Shown: positions 44,562 to 57,405 of the stretch, piece after piece
How the letters are laid out: each line of letters begins with the position of its first letter
Numbering within the stretch: position 1 is the first letter of the stretch
Assembly (NCBI GenBank): GCA_965240325.2
Contig: OZ251240.1
Location: 186,001-250,000, forward strand
DNA from: Rebecca billardiae RCC1528
Taxonomy: Eukaryota; Protista; Haptophyta
Direction: 5' to 3'
Length of the DNA stretch: 64,000 nt
Program-made: the position numbers and the translations under genes
Notes under the pieces: model-generated
The model's input: the letters and a program-made list of their open reading frames with translations, nothing else
Database searches by the model: none
What the model was told of the DNA's origin: nothing

Positions 44562-45890
44562 TCATCTGCCCCCCATCGCCTCCTCGCCCGCGGCCTGCTT
44601 GCGCACGCTCGCGATCCAGCGGAGGGTGGCCACGTCTCCGCTCAGCCGCGAGAGCGACTCGCACGTGTCCGCCCGCCACGGGCAGCCCTTCTCGCGCAGC
44701 CACTGCAGCACCGCCGCGTGGCCGCCGAGCGCCGCCGACTCCGTGCTCGAGTCGTCCCAGGGCGCGCCGTGCGCGTGCAGCCAGCTGCGTGCACGGCGCG
44801 CGCGGCCGGCGGCGGGGGCGCGGCGCGGCGGTTGGGAAGGTGCGCGGCGCGGCGCGGCGGGCGGGCGCGCGGGCGGGCGCGCGCGCGCCCCGCGGCGCGC
44901 GCGCGGCGCGCACCGCAGCATGTCGAGCTTGCCGTTGCGCGCCGCCTCGGCGCACGCGGCCGCGTCCCAGTCGCAGCCGTGCGCGCGCAGCCAGACGCAG
45001 CACTCGACGTGCCCGCCGCCCGCAGCGGCGAGCAGCGTCTCGGCGTCCCACGGGCAGGGCGGCACCTGCGTGCGGAGCCAGCGCAGCGTGTGCAGCTGGC
45101 CCTGCTCCGCCGCGGCGCGGCACACGCCCTCGTCCATCGGGCAGCCGTGCGAGCGCAGCCAGCGCAGCGCGTCGATCCTGCCCTCGCGCGCGGCCGCGCG
45201 GCACGTGTGCACCGACCACGGGCAGTGGCCGGCGTGGCAGAAGCGGAGCACGTCGACGTGCCCGCCGCTCGCGGCGCCCTGCGTGCAGCTCTCGTCCCAC
45301 GGCGCGCCCTGCTCGCGCAGCCACGCGAGCAGCTCGAGGTGCCCGCCCTCCGCCGCCGCGGTGCACGCGTCCTCGTCGAAGCCGACGCCGTGCGCGCGCG
45401 CCAGCTTGGCGACATGCAGTTGGCCGGTGGACGCGGCGGCCTCCATCGTGCGCGTGTCGGTGGGGCAGCCGCGCGAGAGGAGGAGCTCGAGCACGTCGGC
45501 GCGGCCGGCGCGCGCCGCCGCCGCCGCCGTGCCCTCGGAGAGCGGGAAGCCCAGCCCGAGCGCCCAGCGCATCCGCTGCAGGGAGGTGACGACCGCGGCC
45601 GTGCGCGTCAGGAAGCACGGCGGCGCGGGGAAGCGCAGGTGCAGCGCGTCGCGCATGGCGCGGCAGGTGCACGCGAGGCTGAACGCATCGTCGTCGTCCA
45701 CCGCGTCGGTGATCAGGCAGAGCACCTCGAGCGTCGGCAGCAGCCTGAACACGCATGCAGCGCCGAACGCGGCGCCGAGTTCTGCCGCGGCGGCGGCGCC
45801 GCCGCCGCCGCCGCCGCCGCCGCGGAGCGCGGGCGGCTCGGAGGCGGGGCCGGGCGGCTCGATGTGGAACTTGGCGCGCTTGGCGATCAT
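44562..45890 (-). CDS. Ankyrin-repeat protein (copy 2); intron 44785..44913
   Basis: Same translation as 28972..30300. Confidence 0.85.
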   Translation of the reverse strand: MIAKRAKFHIEPPGPASEPPALRGGGGGGGGAAAAAELGAAFGAACVFRLLPTLEVLCLITDAVDDDDAFSLACTCRAMRDALHLRFPAPPCFLTRTAAVVTSLQRMRWALGLGFPLSEGTAAAAARAGRADVLELLLSRGCPTDTRTMEAAASTGQLHVAKLARAHGVGFDEDACTAAAEGGHLELLAWLREQGAPWDESCTQGAASGGHVDVLRFCHAGHCPWSVHTCRAAAREGRIDALRWLRSHGCPMDEGVCRAAAEQGQLHTLRWLRTQVPPCPWDAETLLAAAGGGHVECCVWLRAHGCDWDAAACAEAARNGKLDMLRCAPRARRGARARPPARPPAAPRRAPSQPPRRAPAAGRARRARSWLHAHGAPWDDSSTESAALGGHAAVLQWLREKGCPWRADTCESLSRLSGDVATLRWIASVRKQAAGEEAMGGR

Positions 45891-46479
45891 GAGCGGCACG
45901 CGCGAGGCGGGCGCTCGCCCGCTCGCGCCAGGCGGTGCCCCCTCGGTGTGCGCGAGAAGGTCGTGGACTGCCGCCCGCTTCAAGCAGCAGGCCAGCGTAC
46001 AGGCCTGGCGGTGGGGAGGCGGGAGAAACTCTGGAAGGAAGACCTTGCGCAAATAGTGAGTACCCGGGTAGAGGCCCAATATGTACAGGCAAGGTGCAGA
46101 GCGGATGCGTTAATGATGGGCGAATGGCTGATGTTGTTAATAGGCCACAGGCCGCTTTATTTGATCATTCGACGTTTACCCATTTGCCGTGGCCGCGTCA
46201 AACCGCCGGCAACCAACCGGGGCCGTGTGGGTCTGTGGGATTCGGCCTCCGACGAAACCCAGCACACAAACCACCCAGGCCTGCTCCACAGCCGCTAAGC
46301 TTTCCGCCAACCAAACGCGGAAAGGTCCTTTGCGCCAACGGACTGTCCACCGCCATCGCTCTGGGCTCCGCTACCGCGGGCAAGAGGCTCGGCGTCGTCC
46401 TACGCGGGCGCGCGGCGGGCGCGTCTCGGACGCGTACGCGGCGCGCGGCGGCGCGCGCGCGGCCCGGCGCGTCGGCCCG

Positions 46480-48360
46480 ATGGTGCAGACGGGCCTGGAC
46501 GACTGGCTGCGGCGGCAGTCGGCGGGCGCGGGCGCGGGCGACGACGCCGACCCCGCCGGCGCGCGCGCCGAGCCCGCGCGCGAGGACCGCCTCGCGCTCG
46601 CCGCGCGCGAGATCTTCGGCCACACGTCCTTCCGGCACAACCAGCGCGAGGTGATCTCCGCTGCGCTGCGCGGCGAGGATGTGTTCGTGCTGATGCCCAC
46701 GGGCGGCGGCAAGTCGCTGTGCTACCAGCTGCCCGCGGTGCTCTGCCGCGGCGTGACCGTGGTCGTCTCGCCGCTCCTCGCGCTCATCCAGGACCAGGTC
46801 TCCGCGCTGCTCCTCGCGCCGTGCGGCGGCATCCCCGCGACCTACCTCTCGTCCGACGCGCCCGACGGCCACTGGCGCGCCGTGTACGCCGAGCTGGGGC
46901 GGCGGCCCGAGCCGCACCTCAAGCTGCTGTACATCACGCCGGAGACGCTCGTGCGCTCGGGCGCGCTCGCCGCCGCGCTCGACGCCCTCTCCGCCGACGG
47001 CCTCCTCTCCCGCTTCGTCGTGGACGAGGCGCACTGCATCTCGAGCTGGGGGTGCGACTTCCGAGCCGACTACCGCCGGCTGGGCAGCCTGAAGGGCAGC
47101 TACCCGCGCGTGCCCGTGATCGCGCTGACCGCGACGGCGCCCGAGTCGGTGTGCGCGGACGTCCTCGCGCAGCTGCGGCTGCCGCGCCCCGCCCGCTTCC
47201 GCACCTCCTTCAACCGCGCCAACCTCTCGTACTCGGTGCACGCGCCGCGGCAGGGCGTGCCCAAGGAGCAGCGGCTGCTCGCGCTGCTCGACAGGCAGCC
47301 GCGCGGCGCGAGCGGCATCGTGTACTGCCTCTCTCGCGACGACACGGAGAGCGTGTGCCAGAAGCTGCTCGACGCGGGCCACTCCGCCACCTTCTTCCAC
47401 GCCGGGCTGGCCAAGGGCTCGAAGCAGCGCGTGCAGCAGGCGTGGGCGCGCGGCGACGTGCACATCGTGTGCGCCACGATCGCGATGGGCATGGGCATCG
47501 ACAAGGCGGACGTGCGCTTTGTGATCCACCACTCGCTGCCAAAGTCGATCGAGGGCTACTACCAGGAGTCAGGCCGCGCGGGGCGCGACGGCGCGCCCGC
47601 GCACTGCGCGCTGCTGTACGCACCCGCCGACTACGCGCGGCTCGTCAACATGATCGGCATGCCGCAGAAGGGGCGCACCGCCAAGACCAAGGAGGCGGCG
47701 CGCGCCCTCGCGCGCACCATGCGCGACTACTGCGTGCGCACCGACCGCTGCCGGCGCGAGGTGCTGCTCGAGTACCTCGGAGAGCCCACGCCCTTCCCGC
47801 ACTGCCAAGGCACGTGCGACGTGTGCGCGAGGCGCGAGGGCACGTGGGAGGGCAGCGAGGACGAGGCGGAGCCGGCGGAGGGCGACGGAGCCGCCGCCGC
47901 CGGCGGCCGGCGCCGGCCGGGCGCGCAGCCGGCGCGGCGCGGCGGCGGCGAGGCGGATCCGCCGGCCGACGGCGGCGCGAGCGGCGGCTGGCGGAAGCGC
48001 GCGCGCGCGCCGCCGCTCGGCGAGCGCCCCGCCGCGCGCGCGCGCGCCGCGCCGCCGCCCGCGCCGCCGCCCGCGCCGCGCGCGAGCACGCACGGCGCGC
48101 GCGCCGCCGCCGCGGGCGCTGCGGTGCCGCTCGCGCGCGGCGGGTGCGCACTGCCGATGCAGCGGCCCACGACCGGCGGCGACCCTCTGCACCCGCCGCT
48201 GCCCGCCTCGCGCGAGCCGGCGGCGGCGCAGTGGCAGCGCCCCGGCGCGACCGTCGCCTGCGCGGCGGGCACGCACGCCGGCGGCGGTGCCCGAGGCGGA
48301 GGGTGTGCTCGGCCGTCAGGCGGGCGGGCGATGGACGTGATCGACCTCGACCTGGAGTAG
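46480..48360 (+). CDS. RECQ: RecQ helicase (copy 2)
   Basis: Same translation as 30890..32770. Confidence 0.95.
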   Translation: MVQTGLDDWLRRQSAGAGAGDDADPAGARAEPAREDRLALAAREIFGHTSFRHNQREVISAALRGEDVFVLMPTGGGKSLCYQLPAVLCRGVTVVVSPLLALIQDQVSALLLAPCGGIPATYLSSDAPDGHWRAVYAELGRRPEPHLKLLYITPETLVRSGALAAALDALSADGLLSRFVVDEAHCISSWGCDFRADYRRLGSLKGSYPRVPVIALTATAPESVCADVLAQLRLPRPARFRTSFNRANLSYSVHAPRQGVPKEQRLLALLDRQPRGASGIVYCLSRDDTESVCQKLLDAGHSATFFHAGLAKGSKQRVQQAWARGDVHIVCATIAMGMGIDKADVRFVIHHSLPKSIEGYYQESGRAGRDGAPAHCALLYAPADYARLVNMIGMPQKGRTAKTKEAARALARTMRDYCVRTDRCRREVLLEYLGEPTPFPHCQGTCDVCARREGTWEGSEDEAEPAEGDGAAAAGGRRRPGAQPARRGGGEADPPADGGASGGWRKRARAPPLGERPAARARAAPPPAPPPAPRASTHGARAAAAGAAVPLARGGCALPMQRPTTGGDPLHPPLPASREPAAAQWQRPGATVACAAGTHAGGGARGGGCARPSGGRAMDVIDLDLE

Positions 48361-48759
48361 TGATCTCATCGCGCGGTGATGCTGATCGAGCCTGATAATA
48401 TATATATATATATATGATATATTAATTATATATATATTATATATTATTTATGATCGTCTGCTGACGGAGGCAATCGGAGTCGGACCGTTCGGTCTTCGGA
48501 GGCTCCGGCTTCGGTTTGCCGGTGACCCGGTCTGCGGCGACCCCCGGATCGGACCCCCTTCTATAATGGCATCAACGGGCGCCTAACCCTACATCTAGCT
48601 CGTGTGCTAAGAGTAAGACTATATAAGTCCGGGCCTCATGGCTCATAGGAGGGTCGTCGTATTAGTACCGCCCAGGTTGCCCCCATTCAAAGCGGCTCCG
48701 TCCCGCGCGACCGACTGCTCGGAGTCGGTGCCACTCCCATAATCCCATCTCACTACATA

Positions 48760-49277
48760 TCAGTCACCGATGCGGAGCCCAAGCTCCACAGAACCATCGG
48801 GATCATCCGGGCCGGGCTCATGCGTCGTGCTAACGAACGACGTGTTGTAGCCGCACGCGGACGTGACATCCCCGTGGGTTTGATAGCCATCGCTGAACAT
48901 GTCGGCGACGACAAAGCAGCCATGCTGCGTTGACGGGTGGCAAGGCGGACACGAGGGGCGCGAGCGGCACGCGCGAGCGCGGGATCAGGTGTCAAAATGG
49001 ACGGACGGCAGAGCGGCGCGGCGGGATCGCCACAAGGGCTCCGAAGTGGGGGGTGCGCTGCGCGCACATTGTCGAAGTACTCGGGGACGCAGTGCACGTC
49101 GCTGGCAGCGGTGTGGAACAGCGTGTAATCAAAGTCTGGCCCTCCTGTTGGCCAGAGCGTAGCAGGGGCGACGACAGCGGAGCGGGTGCCGTCAGCATCG
49201 CAGGGATAAGTGGACCCTCTGATCAGCGAATCGTTCGTGTGGTTCGTGATCTTGAAGGTCGTAGGGCGGGGCGCCAT
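48760..49277 (-). CDS. Small orphan protein (copy 2); intron 48925..49067
   Basis: Same as 33170..33687. Confidence 0.6.
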
Positions 49278-49771
49278 AAAGACTGGCCGCGGATGGACCT
49301 CAGGATGGAGGCCGTTTTGAACGCGCTCGCGCGCGGCGAGGTGAAGCGTGCAGGGGCGTTCGGCGCTGTGGGCCCCTCGAGGGCGTCAAGGTGGACCGCG
49401 CCCAAGCGGCTGTCGCCCCCTGGAGCGGCCTCTCCGCGCCGTGCGAGTCCGCGGCGCGCGGGCGGTACACGACCTCCTGTCTGACGCCCGAAGGTACGAG
49501 TGGTCGGCTCCCACTGCGCCTGCCAGCGGGCGAAGTCAGCGGCAGAGCGGCCGGGAGCGTCGCCATTTCCGCAAACGCAGCAAAATGTTTATTTTCGTGT
49601 AGTTTTGCGGCCAACGACCACTCGTACCTCGGGCCGTCAGAAAAAGCTATGGGAGCGTCGCCACATCGGCCAGTCTTTATGGCTGCTCATGAACAGCTTG
49701 CGCGAGTATTATTCTTCAAACAAATGCGCGCCGCCTTATTTATTCTCGCGTCGTAATTCTGGCGCTGGGGC

Positions 49772-50758
49772 TCAGGAATGCAGCGGTCCCGCAGACAGAC
49801 CCGCGGCTGCGGCGGGCCTGTGCGGTGCCATCCCGAGCTCGAGGAGCCGCCCCCTGACGCAGCGGAGCACGCGGCGCATGCCCTCGGCGCGCGGGTGCAG
49901 CAGGTCGGGCGCGAGGTCGGGGTCTATGCTGCCGGACGCGTTGAGCAGAGCGGGGCCGCAGTCCGCGCTGCCGACGCGCGCGCTGCCGTGCGTGCGCCGC
50001 AGCCGATCGAGCGCCACCGGCAGCGCGGCGTTCACCGCGGAGACGAGCGGCGCAAACGATGGCGCCGCGTCGGGCCCGGCGCGTGCGGAGAGCGCCACGC
50101 GCAACGCGGCGCCTTTCGGCGTGTCCGCGCGCGGCAGCAGCGCGAGGACGAGCAGCCGCGCGCGCGTGTGCGCCAGCAGCCAGCTGGCCACCGCCTCGAT
50201 GCCGCGCACCGCCTGGGCGGGCGTGTGGCCAAAGCCCAGGTTGTTCGTGCCGATGAGGATCACGACGGGCACGCCGCGCTCGCGCAGCGGCGCCTCGTAC
50301 TCGCCGTGCACCAGCCGCCACAGCAGGTGCTGCGTCTGGTCACCGCCGATCGCGAGGGGCAGCGGCCGCAGCAGGCCGAGCTCCTGGGCAAGCACGGGCG
50401 GCACGTCGCGGCACCACTCGCGCGGCTTGCCCACCTGCCGGCCGGTGAGCGACTCGGTGATCGAGTCACCGAGCAGGACGACCCCCGCCGTCGGCCCGTC
50501 CCGCGCCGCCACCCTGCACAGGTGCGCGTGCGCCTTGAACCAGTCGGGGTACTGCCGCTTGAAGCGCGTCGTGCCGAGCGTGCGCGGCGTCGGCTCGTCG
50601 GGCCGCTCGCTGCAGGTGCCGTTGGCGTGACACATGGGGTGCGGGGAGCGCCAGTCCCAGGACTCGTGCGCGGGGTCCATGCCCGGCCAGGCGCGAGCAC
50701 GGGGCCCTGCCACGCACGGCGCGAGCACGAGGCCGATCAGAGCGCCGCGCGACGCCAT
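49772..50758 (-). CDS. SGNH/GDSL hydrolase (copy 2)
   Basis: Same translation as 34182..35168. Confidence 0.9.
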   Translation of the reverse strand: MASRGALIGLVLAPCVAGPRARAWPGMDPAHESWDWRSPHPMCHANGTCSERPDEPTPRTLGTTRFKRQYPDWFKAHAHLCRVAARDGPTAGVVLLGDSITESLTGRQVGKPREWCRDVPPVLAQELGLLRPLPLAIGGDQTQHLLWRLVHGEYEAPLRERGVPVVILIGTNNLGFGHTPAQAVRGIEAVASWLLAHTRARLLVLALLPRADTPKGAALRVALSARAGPDAAPSFAPLVSAVNAALPVALDRLRRTHGSARVGSADCGPALLNASGSIDPDLAPDLLHPRAEGMRRVLRCVRGRLLELGMAPHRPAAAAGLSAGPLHS

Positions 50759-50836
50759 CGTGGGAGGCTCAGAGCCTCAGACTAATTCGCGCGCCCGGAT
50801 TTGCGACTCGTTGATCGCGAGGCGAAACGACAATCA

Positions 50837-52014
50837 ATGGTGTCTGCACCGCTGCTCCCACCACTCCGCCCCGCGCGCGCGGAGAGCGAGGCGGCGGCGC
50901 TCGTCCATGCCGCGGCGCGCGGCGACGTGGCGAGCGTCCGCCAGCAGCTCGACGCGGGCGCTGACGCGCGCGCGCGCGACGGCGCGAGCAAGCGGAGCGC
51001 GCTGCACGCGGGCGCGGCGCACGGCTCGGTCGCGTGCGTGCAGGCCCTCCTCGCGGCGGGCGCGGACACCGCCGCGGCCGACGGCTCGGGCGAGTCGGCG
51101 CTGCACGCCGCCGCGCGCCACGGCCACACCGCCGTCGTGCAGCAGCTCCTCTTCGCCTCCGCGGACGTGGACGCGCTGGACGCCGAGCGCACGCGCGCGC
51201 TCCACCTCGCAGCCGAGGGCGGGCACGAGTCGACGCTGCGGCTGCTCCTCGCGCGCGGCGCGAGCGTGGTCGGCTCGGACGCGCCCGGCGCGGTGCGCCC
51301 GCGCTCCGCCCTCGAGCGCGCCGCCGACCGCGGCCACGCCGAGTGCGTCCGGCTGCTGCTGCGCGCCGCCCCGCCGGGCTCGCTCAGCGGCCCGCTGCTC
51401 GAGGCCGCCCTGCTGTGGGCGGTGTCGGAGGGCTCGGTGGGCTGCGCGGCGCTGCTGATCGAGGCGCGCGCGGAGGTGGGCGGCGGCGGCGGCGGCGGCG
51501 CGGGCGGCGCGCTCCACGCCGCCGCGCGCCGCGGCCACGTCGACGCCACCCTGCTGCTGCTCCGCGCGCGCGCCGACGTGCACGCTGAAGACGCTCACGG
51601 CCGCACGGCTCTGCTGCTGGCGTGCCAGCCGCTCTCGCGCGCGTGCGAGCCGCCGGCGGGGTGCGGCGGCGGCGGCGGGCCGGCGCCGCCGTCGCGCGGC
51701 GCGCTCGGCGTCGTGCAGCTGCTCTGCGCCCACGGCGCGCGCCGCGTGAGCAGCCGCACCGGCCGCGAGCGCACGTGTGCAGAGACGGTCGCCAAGCGCC
51801 ACATGGTGCCGCGCGTGCTCAACTGGCTGATCCAGACGCGGCACTGGACGACGCCGCTGCACCACGTGGGGCTGGGCTGGGCGCTGGGCGAGGCGCGCAC
51901 GCGCGCGCTGCTGCGCGCGGGCGCGGACGTGCACGCGCGCGCCGCGCCCGGCGCGCCGAGCCCGCTGTGCCTTGCGCGCGCACTCCTGCGACACGGGGCG
52001 GACGCGCACGCGGA

Positions 52015-52046
<32 letters not shown>

Positions 52047-52378
52047 GCGCGGGCGCGGACGCGGACGCGGCGGATGCCGAGGCGTGCGACCCGGAGGCGC
52101 GCCGCTCGGCGCGGCTCGTCGTGCGCGCCGCGGCGCCGTGGAGCCGCGCGAACCACGAGCTCTTCCCAGAGCCGGCGCGGCGGCACGCACACGCGCTGCT
52201 CACCATCGCGCGCCAGCTCGCGCGCTCGGGCGCGGCGCTCGGTGCGGGCGGCCGCTCCCACGGCGACGCGCTGCTGGACGTGTGGGAGCGCGACGTGATG
52301 CCCAGGGTGCTGGCGCGCGGCGCGGCGCCGCCGGGGATCGAGCGCGTGTGCGCGATGGCGGGGGCCGAGCCGAGCTGA
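50837..52378 (+). CDS. Ankyrin-repeat protein (copy 2)
   Basis: Same translation as 35247..36788. Confidence 0.88.
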
Positions 52379-53289
52379 GGGCACGAGGCAGACGCCCGCG
52401 CATCTTATCGCGAGGCGCATGCGCCTGCAGCATGCTGACGAGGTGACAGGCTCCGGGACTTGATCGTCGATGGCAAAGTCTGCAACTATAAGCTGAGTAT
52501 AGTAGTCTTATTGCACTTATTATTTCAGTCTAAGAAGACGACGAGACGCGCGCACGCAGCTCATCGGGCACTCGCCAATCTAGCTCCGTGAGCTCTGGGC
52601 TGATCGATACGATTATATACGTAGACGGTGACGCGATGCTTGTCGTCCACCATTTATTCAGTGCCAACATATACACTGCTACGATCGTCATCGTCGTCAT
52701 TTATTGATACTACTATACTCTAGTGCGAGATCGCTCGCGTCGTACATCATCACTAGCTTACTGTACGGTACTTTATTGATCATGTACTACTACTACTACA
52801 AACAATGAAACATTCCGCCCTACAGTTTACTATCTATGTTTTATGGATACCCCTCTTTAGGCTACGAACTTTTGAGAATTTGAGATATTCTCATTTGGTT
52901 CAAGATCGGCCGTGATAGGGGGGGATACTACGAACAATGTGGAGATTTTCTTTACGACCCATCCGCGCTATACTCATTCTATGATTTAACGACACAGGTA
53001 GGACGACGCGGGTCTCCTGATTCGTCGGCGGCAGTGCCCGATCGTCGACACGAAGTAGTCGGCGTTGGTGGCAGAGCATAGCCTGCACCGCGATCGGATT
53101 GCTTGAGCGCGGCCTTGAGCTGCTGGAGCGCGATCCACCTGCGCTGCGCGGCTCGCATGGCCCTGCTGTGCCCCGAGCGAGGGCGATGGTGCAGGTCCGG
53201 ATGTCAGCTGGCAGTCTCAGCCGCTGGTAGGCAGCTGGTGCACGTGTCTGCGACCCTTTCCGCACTACTGAGCTTTCCATACAGCAATA

Positions 53290-54151
53290 TGTCAAGCTTT
53301 TGAGCCGAGTCCTTAACCACTCGGACACGCAAAAGCTCCCACGACGCAACATGGCGCGGTTCGACTCCGGTTGCGCAAACGCTCTTTCGCCCGAAAGTGC
53401 GCTTCTTCTTCACTCCCGCTGAACGGGGTGAAGATCCGTCCCTGAAAGGCTCATGAGAGCGGGACGGCGGATGGCCCGCGGCCCGTCGGAACGCTGGTGA
53501 AGGAACAACACCAGGCTAAAGAACAAACCCGCCGGAAGGAACCGCGTTGATGTTTATTCCGCCTTACCAGTTCCCCGGTCACGCAGGGGCTTATCACAGT
53601 GTCCCTGCGGACGTCGTCAGCAGCGCCGTCCGTGCGGACGAGCGGGCGGTGCAGGTCCTCAGAAACGAATGCAAAAAGCGGTGGGGGGCAAACGGCCGCC
53701 ATACGTAACTGGCAGCGCAGCTTTCGCCTGCAGCTCTGCAGGCAGTGCCGGATACTTCGACCATCCGGACGGTTGGAGCCAACCGCCCGGAGAAGAAAAG
53801 AAATCGTGCACGTAGGAAATTCGGGATTAATACAACACCCCCCCTCGACATCATGCCGAAGGCGACGGAGGTGGTGGAGCAGCATGCAGTATCGCCACGA
53901 CGTGTTTGAGAAAAGTACTCGTCGCGGTAGCCTTGGTCATGATGTCGGACCGGTTGTCGTCGGTCGACACCTTCTGGATCAGCACGGCGCCCACAACACC
54001 AGGCTAAAGAACAAACCCGCCGGAAGGAACCGCGTTATGTCAAGCTTTTGAGCCGAGTCCTTAACCACTCGGACACGCAAAAGCTCCCACGACGCGTCGT
54101 GGGGGCTTTTGCGTGTCCGAGTGGTTAAGGACTCGGCTCAAAAGCTTAACA
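53290..54151 (-). mobile_element. Copia-derived inverted-end element (copy 2)
   Basis: Same as 37700..38561. Confidence 0.8.
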
Positions 54152-54588
54152 CAATATCCTCTGCATACTGACTACTTATTCACAAGAGAACTACACTGAG
54201 CCCTTCAATAGAGGAAAGTGCGGTTGTGCAGTACTCAGTAGGTGTGTGGTGGGAGCTGCCCCTCGCGCACGCCGGCCGCGGCACGGTGACGACCCACGGC
54301 GCGAGCATGGGCGTGGCTTCGGCGGAGGCGTAGGCGGGGGGCGTGGCGGCCGAGTCATTCGCCGCGCGCGCCTGCTGCAGCGGCAGCCTGTACTAGCTTA
54401 CTGTACGGTACTTTATCATCATGTACTACTACTACTACAAACATTCCGCCCTACAGTTTACTATGTTTTAACGTGCCACAGTAGGTACATGCAAACGTTC
54501 GACGCACCACCAAAAAAAAGCTCAAGGTAGCTCTGCACCCAACGGCATCCGGCCGCAAATCACCTGTCACCACCCCTCCCACGCACGC

Positions 54589-56202
54589 ATGGCCCGCGGC
54601 ACCTCGCGTATCTCGGCTGCACGCGCGGCCCCGCTGCTCGCGCTCGCGCTCACGTGCGTGCCCGCGCCGCTCCTCGCCATGCCGCTCGGCGATGCGGCGG
54701 CTGCGCGCTCGGCGCACACGAGTCACGTGCGAGCACGCGCCCTGCTCGCAGCGGCCGCGGCTGACGAACTACACAACGGCACGGCCGCGGCGGCGTGTGA
54801 CAGCGGCGCGTGCGAGACGAATGCGACGGCTGCCTCTACGCCCCAATACAACGCGAAGTCACCCGACAACACCACCGAGCACGCGGCCGCGCCTGCCCCG
54901 CCGCTGCTGCCCAATCGCACGGCGCGCGAGCCGAGCGCCCCGGCGGATGCAGGCGAAACGCTGCCGATGGAGAGCGACGTGGGCGAGCCCGAGGCGCAGG
55001 ACGAGCGGCTGGAGACGGCGCTGTGCCTCCAGCGCATCGGCCGGGAGGACAAGCGCTTCCTCTTCTCGCCCGATACGGTGCTCGAGAAGCTCGGCCTTGC
55101 GGCGGTGGTGCTCCTGGCCGCGGCGGGCGCCATGGCCATGGGCTGGCTGGTGATGCGGACGTATCGCCGCGGCGGCTGGGAGCCCTCCAAGAAGGCGGTG
55201 AAGATGCTCGGCGGCGCGCTGCTCGCAACCACCGACGGCGTGACGGACGTGCTGCTTGCGACCGAGTGGTACCGTTGCGGCCACCACGTCTGGGCGGCGA
55301 TCGCGCTCACCTGCGTCGGGCTGAACACGCTGGCGGCGCTCATCTTCGGCGTGGTGGGGGGCATCGCGATCACCGAGAGCTGCAGCGAGAGCGCCGGGGC
55401 GGCCGTGTCGAGCGTGCTGCAGCTCGGCGCCGTGTACGCGGCGGTGGTGCGCGTGTGGCGCGGCCAGCACGTCGACCCAGGTGAGGCACGGTGGGTGCTC
55501 CTCCTCAAGCAGTTGGAGGTGGGTCTCGAGGCGGCGCCGCAGGTGTTCCTGCAGGGGTACGTGCTGCTGTGGCTGGGCGCGGAGCGCGCGTCGGCGCTGT
55601 CGTGGGTCTCGCTCGTCGTCTCGGTTGCGGGCATGAGCCTCGTGCTCGGCGACTTCCACACCGACATGATGCGCAACTTCAACTATCCCGGCGCGCGCGA
55701 CGGCAGCGGGGGCGACGGCGGCGGCTCGGTGTGGGCAGCACGCGCGCTCGGTCCGCTCGGCGTGGTGAGCCGCGCGCTGCCGATCGCGCTGTTCGGCTGC
55801 GCGCTGGGCAACTGGCTGGCGCCGCTGCTGTTCGGCGCGTTCGCCGTGCTCGTCGCCCTCGTGCGCTTCGCGCTGAGGGAAAGCAGCGGGTGTGTGGCGT
55901 GGGGCGGTGGCGTGGGCTGGTCCTTCCTCGTCTACGCGGCCACGCCCGTTGTGCTCCTGGGGGGCGTCACCAGCGCGCGCGGCGAGGCGCGTATCGTTGC
56001 GTGGACGGCGGCGGTCGAGCTCGCGCTCGGCGCCACAGCGCTCGGCTCTCCGTCGCCCTGGCGCGCCGCGCAGCCCACCGGCTTGCTGGTGGGCGCCGCG
56101 TGTCTGTTTGGCGTGTGCTGGCTGGGCCGGCTGGGCGCAGCCGCCGTGCTGCTGCGCGCCAAGGCGCACGAGCAGCACGAGGTGCTGGCGCTGCTGCTCT
56201 GA
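54589..56202 (+). CDS. XK-related membrane protein (copy 2)
   Basis: Same translation as 38999..40612. Confidence 0.8.
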   Translation: MARGTSRISAARAAPLLALALTCVPAPLLAMPLGDAAAARSAHTSHVRARALLAAAAADELHNGTAAAACDSGACETNATAASTPQYNAKSPDNTTEHAAAPAPPLLPNRTAREPSAPADAGETLPMESDVGEPEAQDERLETALCLQRIGREDKRFLFSPDTVLEKLGLAAVVLLAAAGAMAMGWLVMRTYRRGGWEPSKKAVKMLGGALLATTDGVTDVLLATEWYRCGHHVWAAIALTCVGLNTLAALIFGVVGGIAITESCSESAGAAVSSVLQLGAVYAAVVRVWRGQHVDPGEARWVLLLKQLEVGLEAAPQVFLQGYVLLWLGAERASALSWVSLVVSVAGMSLVLGDFHTDMMRNFNYPGARDGSGGDGGGSVWAARALGPLGVVSRALPIALFGCALGNWLAPLLFGAFAVLVALVRFALRESSGCVAWGGGVGWSFLVYAATPVVLLGGVTSARGEARIVAWTAAVELALGATALGSPSPWRAAQPTGLLVGAACLFGVCWLGRLGAAAVLLRAKAHEQHEVLALLL

Positions 56203-56583
56203 GCGTGCGCGCAGCAGCAGAGCTCTATCAGCCTCAGCAAGCTGTATACGACTGCGCCATGCGCGAGATCGTCGACGTTGTGGCCCGCGGCCCAGGGCGG
56301 AGCGCGCAGCGTGGAGCCCGCAGCGCCCGCGGGCACGGGTGCACCGGCACGAACCATTGGCAACCATTATTTATTAATAACCAGTGAGGCATGCATGCGA
56401 TACATACTCTCAGGACGAAGCCGAACCACATTTATATGGCCCGCTCGGGTGCAGGCGGAGCGCGCAGTGTTGCTAAGCGTGGAGCCCGCCAGGGCGCCGC
56501 AGGCACAAACCACTACTACGTTATTATTATATAGTTATTATTGCATTCATCATCGTCATCAAAAATATATATAATAAGGCTGC

Positions 56584-56586
<3 letters not shown>

Positions 56587-56624
<38 letters not shown>
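56587..56624. repeat. (TA)n microsatellite
   Basis: Uninterrupted TA run. Confidence 0.95.
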
Positions 56625-56625
<1 letters not shown>

Positions 56626-57405
56626 GATCTTTGATCGTCGTCAATAAGGAAAATTATAAGGGACTACGGGGGACGTCCGGGGGGGGGGACCGGGGAGGGG
56701 CGATGTTTTCATTCAGGGCTGGAGTAGGACACTAGCAGGAGACTGTTATTACCGACGACGGTTTCGATTTTTTGATACTGCGCGATGAGATCGTCGCATA
56801 GAGGCGGGGCGTCTGCTCGATTCAGGTCGAAATGAGCGCTAGATCCGTATGTAATCGTAAATCGGTGGACGGGACGTGAGCCTGGACGTGGCCACAACGT
56901 AACGGTTCGTTACGAGCGTTTTTGCCGCGGCTGATGAGATTCCCGCTCACGCGCTGCCAACCGATGTGAGACCGTGCGTAGTTACAGTCCCTTGGCACCC
57001 TTGATCATCATAGCCAGTGTCATCATCGTCCGATAATCACGGATAATGTAAATGAGGATGAGTGCTGAGCCGCTCATCGCCAGTCCCGGTGACGGTCCGC
57101 CGGCGATGACCGCCGGCATCATGAGGAAGTCTCGGCGTGCCACGGCGACATATCCTCCGACCTGCTTGAGGTCGAGGACTTATTGCAAATCAACGACGCA
57201 GAATTCACGATCGATCTCTTCGCATTCTTCTCAAGCTGGGCCTGCGCGCGACTTGCACGCCGCCATCGTGGTGATTGTGCAGCTCAGCTCACGACCAACG
57301 GTGTCGACGCGAACACTGCGCGCCCGCCGACGCGCCCGACTGCTCGTCGGTCGTCAGCCCCGCCGCGCGGCCTGCGCGGGCGTGGCGAGCGGGCGGGTCG
57401 CGCCG

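Larger units (their letters stand above)
41870..56321 (+). repeat. 14.45-kb segment, copy 2
   Basis: Matches 26280..40731. Begins right after the gap, inside the GTAC foldback element. Confidence 0.97.

Noticed and set aside
44375-45589. Copy-2-specific longer ORF
   Set aside because: It arises from a single T/C difference removing a stop in a shadow frame antisense to the ankyrin gene.
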